This document shows positions 62,401-64,000 of a stretch of 64,000 bases of DNA, in pieces. The translations under genes were made by a program, and so were the position numbers. The stretch covers positions 248,001 through 312,000 of the forward strand of contig QPMI01000106.1 in assembly GCA_004431415.1 (NCBI GenBank), written 5' to 3'. A model generated the notes under the pieces. The model ran no database searches and was not told the origin of the DNA. It saw only the letters and a program-made list of their open reading frames with translations. Numbering within the stretch: position 1 is the stretch's first letter; each line of letters begins with the position of its first letter. The DNA is from Cyanophora paradoxa CCMP329 (Eukaryota; Plantae; Glaucophyta).

Positions 62401-64000
62401 CGGCGAGGCGGTGGGGGCGACGGAGGGGCGGGGGCGGGGCGAGGGCGGGCCGGGGGCGGGGGCGGGGCGGGGGCGGGGCGGGGCGGGGGCGGGGCGGGGG
62501 CGGGCGGCGGAGGGGGCGGCGGAGGTGGCGGGGCGGGGGCGGGCCGAGGGCGCGGGCAGCGATAGGCACCAACGAGGCGGAGGCGAGGGCGCCGGATGCC
62601 GACGAGCTCGAGGCGACGGGGGCGGAGGAGAGTGCGAGGGCGCTGGATGGCGCTGCCGAGGTGGAGGCGACTGGGGCGGGGCCCTGGGGCGTTCGCGGTC
62701 GTCGGCGGCGCTGCCCGCCGGCGAGAGGGCGGGGGCGGCGCACCAGCGGAAGGGGCGCAGCACCGGAGCCGAAGGGGCCGGCGGCGCTCTCGGGACCCGT
62801 GATGAACCCCCAGGCGTCTCCGTTCACGTCGACGGCGCAGATCATGCGGCCGCTCTGCGTCGGGCGTGAGGGGCAGTCGCAGGACCGCGACACGGCCGGC
62901 GAAGCGGCTCACGGGGAGATCGACAGGCTCTTGACCGCGGCGGGGCAGCGCGCGACGTCGAAGACTTCGATTCCCCTGTACCCGCGGCAAATGCTCTCCT
63001 CGTTCAACTCGACCAAGCGAATGCGGGTGTCGCCCGCCTCTGCGAAGAGAACGAAGCTGCCGCCCTGCCGAGCAAGCGGGAGTTGAGACGACGGCTGCGG
63101 GCTTTGTGCTCAGGGAAGGAAATACGAGGCTCACCTTCACGAGACACATCGCGCTGATGGGCGTGTTGGCCGCTGCCAAGTCCATGGTGAAGTGCTCGTC
63201 CGGCGAGTGCCAGATCACAAGCTTGAATCCCGCGGGCCCTGCCGTGGCGAAAGTAGCGACGCGGTCGTCCTGCGCGAGAAATCAGCGCATGGCTCGCGCG
63301 CAGCGGTTGCACGAAAGAATTGAAGCTCACGACTGCCATGCAGGTGACCGTCACGCCCGCGACGGCTTCGAAGATGCATTCGAACTGGTTGTCCTCCTTG
63401 TTAACGAGCGTCACACGGCCCTCAGCTCGTAAAGGAAGCGATTAGTACTCTGGAGCAAACGATCAATGTCGGAGGCAGCGCAAAGAAGTCCACGGAAAAG
63501 GAAGCAAAAGGAGCACCAGCACAAGCTTGTCGGCCTTCCTGCATGCCTCGCGCCATTTGTTCGGGAGGCCGGCGCCCGCGCGTACGGACTCGTGGTGAAC
63601 TTCGATCTTGTCGCCACTCGCCCAAGTCTTCAACGTGATGGACAGCTCGACTCCGTCGCGGGTCCAGGCTCTGATTTCATCCTTGTCGAGGACCCTGAAG
63701 GAACAGATTACGGAGAGCAAGAACCGGTACAGGTACAGCAAGCGAACCAGGAAGCTCTCGCATAGTAATCAAAAGGTTTCCCTCCAGACGGTGGTGATGC
63801 GGGAGATGCAGTCCAGTCATGAATACGCCCTTCTTGCTGATGCGAGTGGCGCAGAGTTCGCTCTCGCCGCAGACGAAGACGTAGGTGTGCCCTGTTTATC
63901 AAAGCGTCAAAGAGAGCGAAGAGCACCTCTATGCGCATTCCCGCGACGTACATTCGTGATGCCGCATCCAGTCACAACTCCAGCCAGACGAGAACGTAGT
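59437..64000 (-). CDS. Gene V copy 3 (propeller-like N-terminus as in copy 1, different coiled-coil/low-complexity C-terminal exons); 5' end outside window
   Basis: About 62270-64000 is inverse-homologous to 40727-43070. Unique exons KLKAEVEELKQKLLAME and QIVHFMQLDPDLARKSGADVIAALRAWKQSIQ; TGA at 59439-59437. The downstream tail 58800-59250 resembles 48200-48800. Confidence 0.5.

Overview
GC-rich, intron-dense eukaryotic (algal/protist-type) genomic DNA; the species cannot be determined from sequence alone. Multi-exon gene boundaries were inferred by eye and are approximate. The left half holds a CAP/Srv2 gene head-to-head with an RCC1-repeat gene, an unknown membrane protein, and a group of partly decayed ubiquitin-system genes (BTB-BACK x2, RING-Bbox-CC-MATH, F-box, RING-kinase-ubiquitin). 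It also holds two tRNA-shaped RNA genes whose anticodon arm is replaced by a long structured insert. The right half (about 28-64 kb) is repeat-rich: MITEs, a 50-bp hairpin minisatellite, a poly(A) retroelement seen with a target-site duplication and with filled and empty sites, and three copies of a ~10 kb two-gene unit whose second gene swaps modules (propeller-like or Ulp1 SUMO protease). The strongest signal is a pervasive mutational signature. A 3-mer X becomes X-X'-X (X' = reverse complement), a 6-bp micro-inverted triplication. It is seen directly between paralogous copies, iterates into palindromic hexamer microsatellites, and is largely absent from the conserved gene bodies.
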